A model generated the notes under the pieces. It saw only the letters and a program-made list of their open reading frames with translations. It was not told where the DNA came from and did no database searches. A program made the position numbers and the translations under genes. DNA of 64,000 nucleotides from the human T2T-CHM13v2.0 reference genome, Homo sapiens. Location of the stretch: assembly GCF_009914755.1 (NCBI RefSeq), contig NC_060932.1; one strand, written 5' to 3'. This document shows, in pieces, positions 1-12,098 of this stretch; position 1 is the first letter of the stretch, and each line of letters begins with the position of its first letter.

Positions 1-164
1 AAGTGATGTTTGTATTTCTCATCAGTACCTGATCCACTGTTCCCTTCTCTCTGCATAAAACAGGAGTTGACTGTGAGCAGAGCTGCACAACCAGCTTCAC
101 TGTTCCCAGGTAGACCCCGAGTGATTACAGACTGGATGACAAGGACGAATGAATGAAGCTTTTC

Positions 165-270
165 TCCTCTGGTACAGTGTGACTGGTATGAACACCTACC
201 TTGTAGGGTTGTTGTGAGGATTAATTGAGATAATCCATGTAAAGTGATTAGCCCGATGAATGTTTGCTGT
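165..270 (+). mobile_element. MIR SINE fragment
   Basis: MIR core-like ACCTACCTTGTAGGGTTGTTGTGAGGATTAATTGAGATAAT...TGTAAAGTG; boundaries approximate. Confidence 0.7.
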
Positions 271-594
271 TGCTCTTCTCCTTGGGCCTGAGGAAACCTA
301 ATCTAATGGTATAGGTGTAGGGCAGCCATTCTGACATGGTGATTAGGTGTTCTGGCAAGCTTTTATCTTCCCTGCACTGTGAACCCGAGAGATTCCACCT
401 GGCCCCCTTTCTGGACTTCCTATTATTTTCACTGTATTTGTTAACAGAAATAAAAATTCCCTGACCTAGAAATTTAAAGAGTCATGAGTTTCCCACATGA
501 CATTCATAAAAAGAGACTGGATGGCTCTCCCCACAAAGAAGTCAACCAATCCTAGAAGCTTCAGGCTCGCCAAAAAATCAGAGATGGTCATTGA

Positions 595-960
595 CTCTCC
601 CTCCTCCTCCGGTCCTCCTCCTCCCCTACACTTCTCCTCTCCTCCCCTCCTCTTCCTCCTCCTCCCCCTCCTCCCTTCCCCTTTTCCTCCTCCTCTCCTT
701 CCTCCTCCTCCTTCTCTCCCTCTTCCCCTCTTCCTTTTTCTCCTCTCCTCCCTTCCTCCCCTCATTTTCTTCCTCCTCCCCTTCCTCTCCTCCTCTCCCT
801 CTTCCCCATTCTCCTCTCCTCCCCACCTTCTTTTTCTCTTCCTCCTCCTCTCCTCTTCCTTATTCCCTTCTTCTCCTCCTCCTCCTTTTCCCCTCCTCCT
901 CCTCCTCCTCCTCTTCCTTTTCCCCTCCTCTTCCCCTCCTCCTCTTTCTCTTCCTTCTCC
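595..960. repeat. Polypyrimidine (TCC/CTT-rich) low-complexity tract, ~365 bp
   Basis: Almost entirely C/T on the + strand; it produces the overlapping Pro/Ser/Leu-rich and Glu/Gly/Arg-rich spurious ORFs at 466-1066. Confidence 0.95.
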
Positions 961-974
961 AGAGATTAAGAGGA

Positions 975-1155
975 AAAGCACAAGGTCTGGAGTCAGAGGC
1001 CCTGGTCTGACAACAGCTCAGCAACTCTTGGCCAGGGGGGCTGGAGAAACCACCTCAGCCCTCTGAGCCTCAGTGCCCTCAATTGGAAAATGGGAACAGT
1101 CATTCCTAACTCAGAGGGCTGCTTTAAGGACTGATTTAAAAGACTTTGTAAACTG
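975..1155 (+). mobile_element. MIR SINE
   Basis: CTGGAGTCAGA...CTCTGAGCCTCAGTGCCCTCAATTGGAAAATGGG resembles the MIR consensus. Confidence 0.65.
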
Positions 1156-1659
1156 AACCCTGCTCCACCTGGGTTCATGGCTATTGTTAGTGTAGCAACC
1201 TGTGTCTTACAAAGCAGTTCAAATCCATTATCTCCTCTCAAGTTTATATCCCTAAAGGAGGTGCAGAAAATGGTGGTTTTGAAGGAGTTGCATGGAGCTG
1301 CTGGGTTGGAGCAAAAGCTTCACTCCGGGCTGAAGCAGGAAGTACTTGGGAACAATAGGGTGAAGCCAGCCTAAGAGTTTAGGCTCCACAGTGCTGGTAA
1401 TGGGATGCGTAGGAGATTGGAGCAGAGCAGTGACAGGTAATTGAATTTGCTGAATCTCGTGGAGTTGACTTGTTCTTGTCTCCATTCCCTCAAGTAAAGT
1501 CAGCCAGTTCTTGGGGTTTAACAACCATCTGTCTCTCTCCCACACAGAGGTAACAGGATACTGGAAGAGACTTTTCCTGGTACCCCAGAATTGACAACCA
1601 GAACCCCTATCTGGCAACAAAAAGGCACTGAGAATGCCATGTTCTAAAGAGAGCCTCCA

Positions 1660-1935
1660 CAGAAAGACAAATACCGCACATCCTGATTCATAAGTGGGAG
1701 CTAAATAACGTGTACACACGGATGCAGAGAGTGGGTTGATGGACGACAGAGACTCAATCAGAAGGGTGAGGGGGTGAAGGGATGGCTGATGACAAATTAC
1801 TTAATAGGTACAGTGTATCTTATTCAGGTGATGGATACCCTAACAGGAGTGACTTGACAACTACACAATCTACGCATGCAACAAAACTGCACATGTACCT
1901 CCCATAAAATGATACAAATACATATATAAAGAAAG
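1660..1935 (+). mobile_element. Old LINE-1 (L1MA-type) 3' UTR fragment
   Basis: AGAAAGACAAATACCGCA...ATAAGTGGGAGCTAAATAA...CAACAAAACTGCACATGTACC, a typical L1MA 3' end. Confidence 0.8.
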
Positions 1936-2249
1936 CTTTCAAAGTTAGACTCGGACCCTACTTCCACCCAGATGTAGTGCAAGGTGGCAGAGTAGGCTCT
2001 ACTGCCACCAGCCACTCCCAACCCCCCGCGTCCCTTCCCTTCCTCCAGTCTCTGTAGGGTAACCGTGGCTGGAGAGAGAGTATCTTTGGAGCTCTCAGTT
2101 ACTGAGGTGCACAGTTGTACAGTAGCCTTTTTATCCCCTCCAGTGAGGGGTTAGGATCCAAGGGGAGCACTGGCTGAGACTGACTGTGATTGTAGACACA
2201 GCACCTGCTGCTGAGACAGCATAGCACAGATGTTTCCAGCAAAACCGAG

Positions 2250-2640
2250 GGACGCTAGCCTGTCGAGGTCCAAATCCCAGTTCTGCTGCCCCAACTGTGT
2301 AACCTTGACCAAGTTACTGAACCTTCCCATACTTCATTTTCCCATCTGTAAAACTGAGATAACAGTAGATACTTCGTGTGGTTATTGTGAGGATTACATG
2401 TTGCTATGGACTGAATATTTGTATCTCCCCAGATTAATATGTTGAAGCCCTAACACCCAATGTAATGGTAATTAGAGAAAGGCCTTTGGAGGGTAATTAG
2501 GGTTACATGAGGTCTATTTCTGCTTTTAAGCTACCCAGCCCATGGTATTCCATTACAGCAGCCTGAGCAGACAAACACACATGGATGGTAATTTTGAGCA
2601 CAGCCTGGCACATAGTAAGGGCACTGTAAATGTTTGCTTT
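2250..2640 (+). mobile_element. MIR interrupted by an internally deleted MLT1-type MaLR LTR (2402-2579)
   Basis: MIR 5' part ends ...TGTGAGGATTACATG and resumes at AGCACAGCCTGGCACATAGTAAG; the insert starts TGCTATGGACTGAAT and ends ...ACACA, with flanks CATGT/CATGG (degenerate 5-bp TSD). Confidence 0.7.
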
Positions 2641-4134
2641 GATCTATTAGTACTCAATTCCAGGATGGATGTTTATTTCTGCAAAGAACTTGTTAAACTG
2701 CTGCATCCCCTCCTGAGCAGAAGATACGATACTTGCATGGAAGAGAGGAGAGCCGGAGGAGATTGGTAGTGGGGCAGCTGACACTCCAACACAGGGCATG
2801 TCAAGTAGGTGGCAGCTACTATAGACCCAGGAGTGCCCTGAGACACACTGCATTGCCATTGTCAAATACACCAAAGGGCCACTAGGTGAGAGGACCCAAT
2901 AACAGGAAGCCATGGGCTGGAAACCCATTCAGGGAGCTCAAGTGGGGAGCAAGAGAAGCCCCTCAGAATTCCCAACATGCACACCTGTGCCCCACAGGGA
3001 ACAGTATCTGGACTCCTGCAGAGAAGGGCGCGATGGCCAGGCAGCCACTGCCAACAACAGGCTCAATTAATTAAGAAAATGTTTGCCTCTTTCCCTGTGC
3101 TTCCATGTCCTTATATTTCAACCCTGCAGGAGCTAAAAGAGGAGGAAACAAAAAATTAGAGTGGGCATTCATCCCCCACCCAAACATACCCTGCAGCTTC
3201 CTCAATCCACACGAAAAGCCTACTGAAGGGTAAGGAAAAGAAATGAGGTTGATCTTGGATATGAAACTTGAATTTAACTACAACCACTAGAGTTTAGTTT
3301 CGCCTTCATTTTTGTGACTTCATTTTAATTGGCAATACAGTCACCTGGTATAAGAGGTACAGACCAGTGGCAGCCAGATGAACACAGAGGTCCCCATTTG
3401 GATGTGGCCAACTCCAGCCTGCTGTGGGGACAGGGAGGGCCTTGGTGTGTCACAGGATCCCTAAGCACAGGAAACAGAGGCTGTGTTTCCAGGTGTGGGC
3501 TTTCCCATTATTGGACTGACTGCATGACCACATCCTTTCAGACTAGGATCCCTGACATTGGACCCGTCCAGGCAGGAGCTCTGCAAGCCTTCTTTATCAG
3601 CAGACAAGGAAAGGAAAATCATCCAAGAGAGGAAGCAGGAGTCCTTCAGACAATGAGACAGTGTCCCTCTTTTGGTGGGGGAAACGCATCCGTTTTTGGA
3701 TTGACTTTCCATCACAGCCTTTCAAACTAGGCACCCCTTTTCTCAAACATGGCCTGCTCAGGAGGCCCCTCCTCCAGGTATGCCCCCTGTCTGCTGCTCC
3801 AGTGTCTGCTGCTCAGAGATCCCAGCCCAGTGGTCAGGTGGAGACTGAGTGTGCCTGGTGGGTTGGGGTAACCCAGCTCCCTCATCTCCCTCTGCTTACA
3901 TCCTCCCTTTTCAGATGCACCCACACTCCAGCAAGAGCAAACCCATCCTCCGTGCCTCTGTTTCCCTCCCTCCATGCTCCTCTTCTCTTTATCCCAACCC
4001 TTGGGCCTTTATAAGGCAGACTTGGGTGTGGAAAAGCAGAATACACAGGCATCCTCCAAGGCCAGCTCTGACAAGCACACCTCCTGGTCTACAGAAGGAG
4101 CCCCTAAGGGAGGAAGGGAGAAATGTGGAAGGCA

Positions 4135-4375
4135 ATTTGAGCATCTTAGACATAGAGCAAGCAGCTGGTTCTTACTAGGGTGCTTTTGGAAATTGATGGG
4201 GTGTCTTCAGCTGCCATAACTGAGAATTGCCACCAGGCTACTGGCATTTGGAGGGCAGGGCCAGATGTGACAGATGCTCTGCAGTGAGGGGACAGTCCTA
4301 CACAACACAGAGCATTACCCCATACCTTGTATGATCTTCTAATGCCATGCAGACATTTATGTAGGAACCATTGCT
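4135..4375. mobile_element. hAT-Charlie (MER20-like) DNA transposon relic
   Basis: CTACTGGCATTTGGAGGGCAGGGCCAGATG...CTGCAGTGAGGGGACAGTCCTACACAAC resembles the MER20 family. Confidence 0.5.
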
Positions 4376-4699
4376 GATCTATAAAAATAGATGAGCTTTC
4401 TCATTTTTCCACTGGGATAATCTAAACTTTGTCTTAGACTACTAACTCTATTTTACTCAAGGTCATGTTTTTGCTATTTCTTATGCTGTACAAAGGTCTG
4501 TTCATTCTTATCCAAATGGTGGTTTTCATTTTAGGATTTACCCATATCTGTGATCTTTCATTTTATTTTCCTTTTTGTACATAATTCCCTCTGATCAGTT
4601 CTTAAATCCAAACTTATTCTCAGTAGAAGTAAGCATCTGACTACTTCATGAGGACTCATAGCATGGTCATTGCCAAGCATTTATATATAGAAATAAGTG

Positions 4700-6550
4700 C
4701 CATTTTATATCAGCTTTATAGATTCCAATGGTACAAAATATGAAAGCGAGTGTCTCTCCTATTCTAGTCCCCCAGTTTTCTTCCCCCAAAGCACTACTGT
4801 TAGCTGTTTCTTTTGTGTCTTTCTAGAGATATCCTTGGCATTTATAGGCAGATAGAGAGATATATGGATAGATGGGTAGATAGATGATGCAAAGACAGAT
4901 GGATAGATGAATGAATAGAGAAATTCGTCGTGTTTTAAGTGGTAACCCTATGTTGCGGTATTTTATGGAGATACTCCCATATCAATACCTGAAGCCTTCC
5001 ACATCCCTCCAAATGCAAATAGATCATTCCACTATATGGTGATCTTGATTATTTAACCAGGCCCCTATTGTAGATTTGTGTTACCCATGATCTTTCCTTA
5101 TTGTATGCAATGATATTAAATAACTTGATGCAAACAACATTGTGTGTATGTGCAAACGCAGTTGCAGGATAAATTCCTAGAAGTGGAATCAGTGAGTGAA
5201 AGGGCATGTGCATTTACTTTTGGTAAAGAGTGTATGAATTAAATTTCCATGAGCAATAGTTAGGAATCCCCATTACTTAAAACCTGCCTGATACTTTGCA
5301 TCCTCAAACTTTTATTTTTGTCAGTATCATAGGTATCTTATTATAACTTTAATTTGATTTTTTCTTCTGATGCTGTGAGAATCAGCATATTTTAATATTG
5401 AGGAATCATTTGTATTTCCTTTTATGTGAGCTCTTCATAGCTCTTCTTCATGTTCAACTTGGACGACTAAGGTTTGTTTGTCTTATTGGTGTTTAGGTAC
5501 ACATTATGTGTGTGATATGTCACAAGTATTTTCTTCTCTGTCATGTTTTAATCTTATTTGTTGTATTTTTTCCATGAAGAAATTTGTTTTATTTGTACAG
5601 CCCCATTTTCTAGTCTTTTTTTTTTTTTCTTAAGGCTACTGGGTTTTGTGTCAAACTCTAAAAGATAGTTCCCACTCTGAGATGATTAACAACAACAAGA
5701 GAAAATTCCCATTTATTCTTTTGGTGTCTTTTTTGGTACACCTCTTTGATACATTGGAATTTATTTTGGAGTAAGAGGTAATTCACAAATCAGACTTAAT
5801 TGTCTTCTGGATAACTACATAGATATTCCAACATTATTAACTGAAGCATTTATTTTATGCATTTCAAATGTACCTACAGCAAAAAATAGAGGCATCATAG
5901 CATAGCAGTTAAAAACATAAACTCTGGATCCGATTGCCAGGGTTCAAATATCAGATGAGAATGCCAAGCACATTCCCTATGTGTCCACTGTCATTACTGT
6001 TGCTCTTATTGCCTGCAGTCTCCCCCTCTGCATTTGGTGCTAGTGTTGATCTTTCTACTCATATGTCCCACATTCTTCTAATTATTGTAGCTTTACAATG
6101 GTTATATTTTATGTTATCATGGTAGTCACTATTATAACCTGTCTCTTTCTTCCATTATATACTTTAACTGGTTGTTCATGTATATGAAGGCTTCTGACAT
6201 CTGAATATTATTTTCTACCAGCTTACTTACGAAATTCTCTTAGAGTTTAAAACTGTTTTAAGCCTTTCCAGATATAAGTATATGCAACCAGTGATTACTA
6301 ATAACTTTACCTCCTTCTTTCCAATATTTATGCCACCTAGCCCTTTCTCCTATTTAATTACATTGTCAAGGACCTCAAGCAATTAACATTTTTATCCTAG
6401 TCCTGACTTCAGTGTGAAGGTTTTTAAGTGTTACACCATTATGCATAATCCTGGTTTGCGTATACAGATATGTTCTATCAAATTAAGTAAACATCTGTCT
6501 ATTCTACTATATTAACACTTTTATCATGAAATTTGCTTTTTCTTTTTTTG
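4700..6550 (-). mobile_element. Highly diverged L1M (L1ME-like) fragments
   Basis: T-rich antisense L1 phrases such as GGATAAATTCCTAGAAGTGGAAT and CTTCTTTCCAATATTTATGCC; includes a small MIR near 5890-5960. Confidence 0.6.
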
Positions 6551-6554
6551 TTGT

Positions 6555-6885
6555 TTTTTGGGTTTTGGTTTTTGGGTTTTTGTTTTGTTTTGTTTTGTTT
6601 TAAGACAGAGTCTGGCTGTGTCACCCAGGCTGGAGTACAGTGACACGATCTCTTCTTGCTGCAACTTCCGCCTCCTGGGTTCAAGCAATTCTCCTGCCTC
6701 AGCCTCCCTAGTAGCTGAGATTACAGGCACACACCAACACACCTGGCTAATTTTTGTATTTTTAGTAGAGACAGGGTTTCACCAAGCTGGCCAGGCTGGT
6801 CTCGAACTCCTGACCTCAGGTGATCTGCCCACCTTGGCCTTCCAAAAGTGCTGGGATTATAGGCATGAGCCACCACACCTGGCCA
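6555..6885 (-). mobile_element. AluS element with (GTTTT)n tail
   Basis: Full dimeric Alu, reverse strand: AGACAGAGTCTGGCTG...GAGCCACCACACCTGGCC. Confidence 0.95.
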
Positions 6886-7863
6886 CGAAGTCTGAATTCC
6901 ATCCCAAATGTTTTTCATAGTACTTTGTTCTATTTCTATCATTAAATGCTGTGAATTATATTCATTATTCCATACTACAACTAGGTTTTGAGTGTCTATT
7001 ATATGCGAGGTACTCTTCTAAATGCTAGCAATTCAAGAGTAAATACTTCAAAATTGGTCTGTGCCCTCACAAAACTTACTTTTTACCCAGGGAGACTTTC
7101 AATGTTCAAAGAGTTGTATTATATAATGTGAAGTATTATGTCAGTGCAATTATAGTAACAGACCACTTAATATTACATTCCTGGATGGTCTAGGTTTTTA
7201 TAACGGAAAATGACCAGAAAGTTTTTGGATCTTTCCAAAATTTGATAAGGGGATCAGAAAGGGAATTTCACCAAACATTCTTAAAGACAATGAGTGAAAA
7301 AGAAAAACTGTCTGCCTCAGTAAGATCAGACAATTCAATAAACAGATTACACAGATTTTTGTTCATGGCATTCCATTAGAAATACTGAACAAATTGGGAT
7401 TAGGGAGTGCCTAAATGGTTGTTTCAAAAGACATAGTTTCTATGAAAACAAGGATAACATGCAGTCATTTGCTGGCAAAGGGCTAGAAAAGGCAGAATGA
7501 GGACGGAGCCCCCAGACTGTCTGTACCTTCCCCTAGGAGATACGTCATCCACATGCTCAATGCCCTGTCTTCTACTCTACATTTGGCAAACTCTTTGTCA
7601 TCTACCAGACAGGAAGTTGCCTCTGCTGAGAATCCTGTCCTGATTTCCTGTGTTAGCTGCTCTTGCCTCTTTGGTCCCCTGTGGTCCCCCTATGCTTACA
7701 TCTCTCTTTACCTTCATCACATGATTTAATTCAGGTGGCAGTGGTAGATCACAGCATTATGGCGCACAATATGTTCACGCTTCTCTGTATCCGTATTCTG
7801 GTATATTCCCCCTGTCTCCCGACTCCAGGCTTGGCCATCAGACTTGCTTTGACAAGTGTGTAG

Positions 7864-8235
<372 letters not shown>

Positions 8236-8391
8236 ACCGTCTTTTTTTCTTTAGAACCCTGACATGACCACAAGAAAAGCCCGCCTACTGGAAGTTGAGA
8301 AGACCAGATGGCACAGAGACAAGCCACCTGCTGAGGCCCTGCACCGGCCAGTCTGCCACTGCCTGCCTGCCTTGGAAGTGAGGTTGTGCTA

Positions 8392-9091
8392 CTCATCTGA
8401 CAAAGGGCTAATATCCAGAATCTACAATGAAGTCAAACAAATTTACAAGAAAAAAACAAACAACCCCATCAAAAAGTGGGCGAAGGACATGAACAGACAC
8501 TTCTCAAAAGAAGACATTTATGCAGCCAAAGAACACATGAAAAAATGCTCACCATCACTGGCTATCAGAGAAATGCAAATCAAAACCACAGTGAGATACC
8601 ATCTCACACCAGTTAAAATGGCAATCATTAAAAAGTCAGGAAACAACAGGCACTGGAGAGGATGTGGAGAAATAGGAACACTTTTACACTGTTGGTGGGA
8701 CTGTAAACTAGTGCAACCATTGTGGAAGTCAGTGTGGCGATTCCTCAGGGATCTAGAACTAGAAATACCGTTTGACCCAGCCATCCCATTACTGGGTATA
8801 TACCCAAAGGACTATAAATCATGCTGCTATAAAGACACATGCACACGTATGTTTACTGCGGCACTATTCACAATAGCAAAGACTTGGAACCAGCCCAAAT
8901 GCCCAACAATGACAGACTGGATTAAGAAAATGTGGCACATATACACCATGGAATACTATGCAGCCATAAAAAATGATGAGTTCATGTCCTTTGCAGGGAC
9001 ATGGATGAAATTGGAAATCATCATTCTCAGTAAATTATCGCAAGAACAAAAAACCAAACACCGCATGTTCTCACTCATAGGTGGGAATTGA
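8392..9091 (+). pseudogene. L1 ORF2p C-terminal fragment (Cys-rich/zinc-knuckle region), open to the native stop
   Basis: Translation [11 protein letters not shown]...[16 protein letters not shown]...[10 protein letters not shown] matches L1 ORF2p; no EN or RT domain present. Confidence 0.9.
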
Positions 9092-9320
9092 ACAATGAGA
9101 ACACACGGACACAGGAAGGGGAACATCACTCTCTGGGGACTGTTGTGGGGTGGGGGGAGGGGGAAGGGATAGCTTTAGGAGATATACCTAATGCTAAATG
9201 ACGAGTTAATGGGTGCAGCACACCAGCATGGCACATGTATACACATGTAACTAACCTGCACATTGTGCACATGTACCCTAAAACTTAAAGTATAATAATA
9301 ATAAAAGAAAGAAAAAAAAA
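8392..9320 (+). mobile_element. 5'-truncated young LINE-1 (L1PA2/L1PA3-like): ORF2 C-terminus, 3' UTR and A-rich tail
   Basis: Near-consensus primate L1 3' end; GAG at the Ta-diagnostic position (CTAAATGACGAGTTA), so not L1HS-Ta; G-rich tract ~9134-9170; TSD AAGTGAGGTTGTGCTA at 8376-8391 and 9654-9669. Confidence 0.95.
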
Positions 9321-9651
9321 CATATATAATGTAGACTAATGAAGAGGTCTCACTTGTTGGGACCCAGACACGGCAAAGTTACCGAACTAGCACTACTGGT
9401 TTTGAAATATGTTTCACCTACTTACCATGATAGTATTCCCATATAAATACATATTTGTAAGTATTTTCCAATTCTGTTTTTATTTCAATGTGGGTAACAT
9501 GGTAGTTTAGATTGCCAAAAAGAATGTTTTACTTTCTTTCAAATTATAAAAATGTCTTTAGAATACTAACAATCCTGAGTTTATTAATGGCTCATTTTGT
9601 TTAGCTCATTTTGAAATAAAAATCTTACAACCAAAAAAAAAAAAAAAAAAA
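9321..9651 (+). other. L1 3'-transduced sequence (9321-9632) with its own AATAAA (9615-9620) and poly(A) (9633-9651)
   Basis: Non-L1 sequence between the L1 tail and a second poly(A), all enclosed by the 16-bp TSD. Confidence 0.9.
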
Positions 9652-11734
9652 CAAAGTGAGGTTGTGCTAGGCCATCCAGTCCCAGCAAAGCTGCCAGCTG
9701 ACCACAGACATCAGCCAAGCCAACCCAGACCTGGCTCTGACCCAAAGAATTATGAGATATTCAAGAAATGTTTATGTTAAGCTACAAAGTTTTGGAGTGA
9801 TTTGTGACATAGCAAAGGTTGACTGATAGACCACCACCTGCCCCTCTTACTCAATTATCAGCACTTTGAAGTCAAGATCACATTTTATTCACTGTCACAG
9901 AGTCTAGCACAGTGCTGGGCACAGTGACTTTCTGATGAATACTTTTAAAATGGAAACCCTGATCTCAGAAGGAAAGATTCTGCTTGTACCCTCCCTTGTG
10001 TCACATGACTCAACCTGCTTCCATCAGCCACATCTGTCCCAGAGACGACATTCGTGAGGCTGCTTTGTTTAAATGTAAACAGACTATAAACTCTGTGAAA
10101 GTGGGGACCTCCTTAGTGTTTGCTCATGGCTGTGTCATTCAACACCTATCACAGCGATGTGACAGGGCTTTGGCAAATATCTGTTGAATAAATGAACCAA
10201 CACAGCTTGGCATTTGCAGCAGCCAGTGACGTGGCCTGGTGGCAGGGGGTGTTAGTCATCTCTTTCCCGCACACACAGCCTCACAGCCCTGTGCCCTCCT
10301 CATGGCATGACCAATGAGCATGCTTCCCCACAAGGGACAATGTGGCTCGTGGAGCAGAGCAGCAGGAATGGTGGCCTGAGGGACCTTAGAGGTCAGGCAC
10401 AGCTGGTAGCCTTCTGCTGAACCTAGACAGGTGGTTTCATGCACAATACACAGTCCTCTCCAGTGGGCACTAATTTAGAAAGTCTCCTGGTTGAGGAAGG
10501 GGCAGTGGCCTGAGAGGCCAGAGACTGGAAACTTGGGCTCAACTCTGCTGTGTGACTCATTTCCACTGACCTAACTTCTCCACACCACAGGGTCCTGCCA
10601 TCCCAGCCTAATATACCAGCTCAGAGAAACAAAGTAAATCATATAAAATAGCTTTCAGGAAATAAAAGGTAAGAGACCACCTTCAACTTATAAGTAGCCT
10701 GTGTTCTACATAGTCATGTTTCAGAAGGTTGTTTTGAAGTAGGTAATATATTTTCCCACAGAAAACCATGTTGAAAATGATGGTTAGCTTCCCTGGCTCT
10801 TACTCAAAAGCCTTTTTAAACCATAACGTAACTGAAATAACTTATATTTGTGAAGAAATATGGCAGGAAAAATACTGTTGCAATACTAATCATTAAAACA
10901 GAAAAAAAAAATAATACCGTGGAATGAGGAAGAGTGTTTCTGATTCATCACAAGTGCCAGCGTTTGAAGAAAACTGGATTTAATTGGAAAAGAAGGAGGC
11001 AGTAAAGAGGTTTTATGAAGATTTAAAGACAACTTTTGGTCACAACTTCAGATGCCCAAATGTGGGCACTGTTTCCCCCAAAATGAAAGTTTGTCCTATT
11101 CTTAGTGCTGCATCCTAGGTATGTTCCTCTTGCTGTGATTTTGTCCATATTTTGAGGCACACATGGAACGAGAAAAGGGAGAGAAGATCCAGCTGGTGAA
11201 GAGCTGAAAGAGAAGGAGGAAGGTGAAAGGAAGAGATGACTAAGCCTGGGGGCAGCCAAGAAACATTTTCCATGCTTACTGTGCACCACACTGGATGATT
11301 TTCCTGTGTTCTCTCATGTCTTCTCCTTATCTTAACCTGCTAAAAGGCATTTCCCCATTTTGTAAATAAATAATAGACTGGGACTGGACAGGAAAGTGAC
11401 TTTGTCAACAGGTTTAGTGAAGAGGCCAGAGGTCAGTCTTAGGGCTGCTTAACTCTAAAGCCCATTTTCTTTGCTCTCTACTTGACTGTGGAGAAGGAGG
11501 ACAGAGGAAAAGGGAAGCATGATTTCTGTGGAGATGGTGAGGAGGCCATCTGAAGCAGGTGGTACCATGCCCCCAGGACATTTGGTTGTCAACTGGAGCA
11601 AAGGGTTGAGGAGGCTGCACCCTTGGAGTGAGGAAGAAAAATGTGCAGACAACCACCTGAAACATGTAAGGTGTTGAAAGTCAGGGCTCACAATTCCAGG
11701 AAAAGCCAGGGCAAATGCAAGGTTCTTATCATCA

Positions 11735-12098
11735 TCCATTCAGGCTTCCCTAACAGAACAGACTGAACTAGGTATCTTATAAACAACAAAAAACTTATTT
11801 CGGACAGTTCTGGAGGCTGGGAAGTCCAATATCAAGGCATCATTAGAGTCGGGGTCTGATGAAAGCTTGCTCATTGGGTTTACAGATGGCACCTTCTTGC
11901 TGCATTCTCATATGGTAGAAAGGGCAAAAAAGCTCCCCCTGGGGCCACTTTTATAAAGGCACTAATCCCCTTCGTAACGCTTCTGCACCCATGACCTAGT
12001 CACCTCCCAAAGACCCCACCTCTTAGTATCATCACCTTGGGGGGTTAGGATTTCAACATATGAATTTGGGAAGGATAGAAACATTTAGCCCTAGCAGC
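11735..12098 (-). mobile_element. MaLR solo LTR (MLT1A/MST-type)
   Basis: CAGTTCTGGAGGCTGGGAAGTCCAATATCAAGG...GGTTAGGATTTCAACATATGAATTTGGG. Confidence 0.85.

Larger units (their letters stand above)
8250..9830 (+). mobile_element. Old MLT1 (MaLR) LTR split by the L1 insertion; pieces at ~8250-8391 and ~9670-9830
   Basis: 3' piece ends with MLT1-like TTAAGCTACAAAGTTTTGGAGTGATTTGTGACATAGCAAAGGTTGACTGATA; the two pieces join across the TSD. Confidence 0.55.

Noticed and set aside
466-1066. Four overlapping long ORFs (up to 189 aa)
   Set aside because: Artefacts of the stop-free C/T tract; the translations are low-complexity
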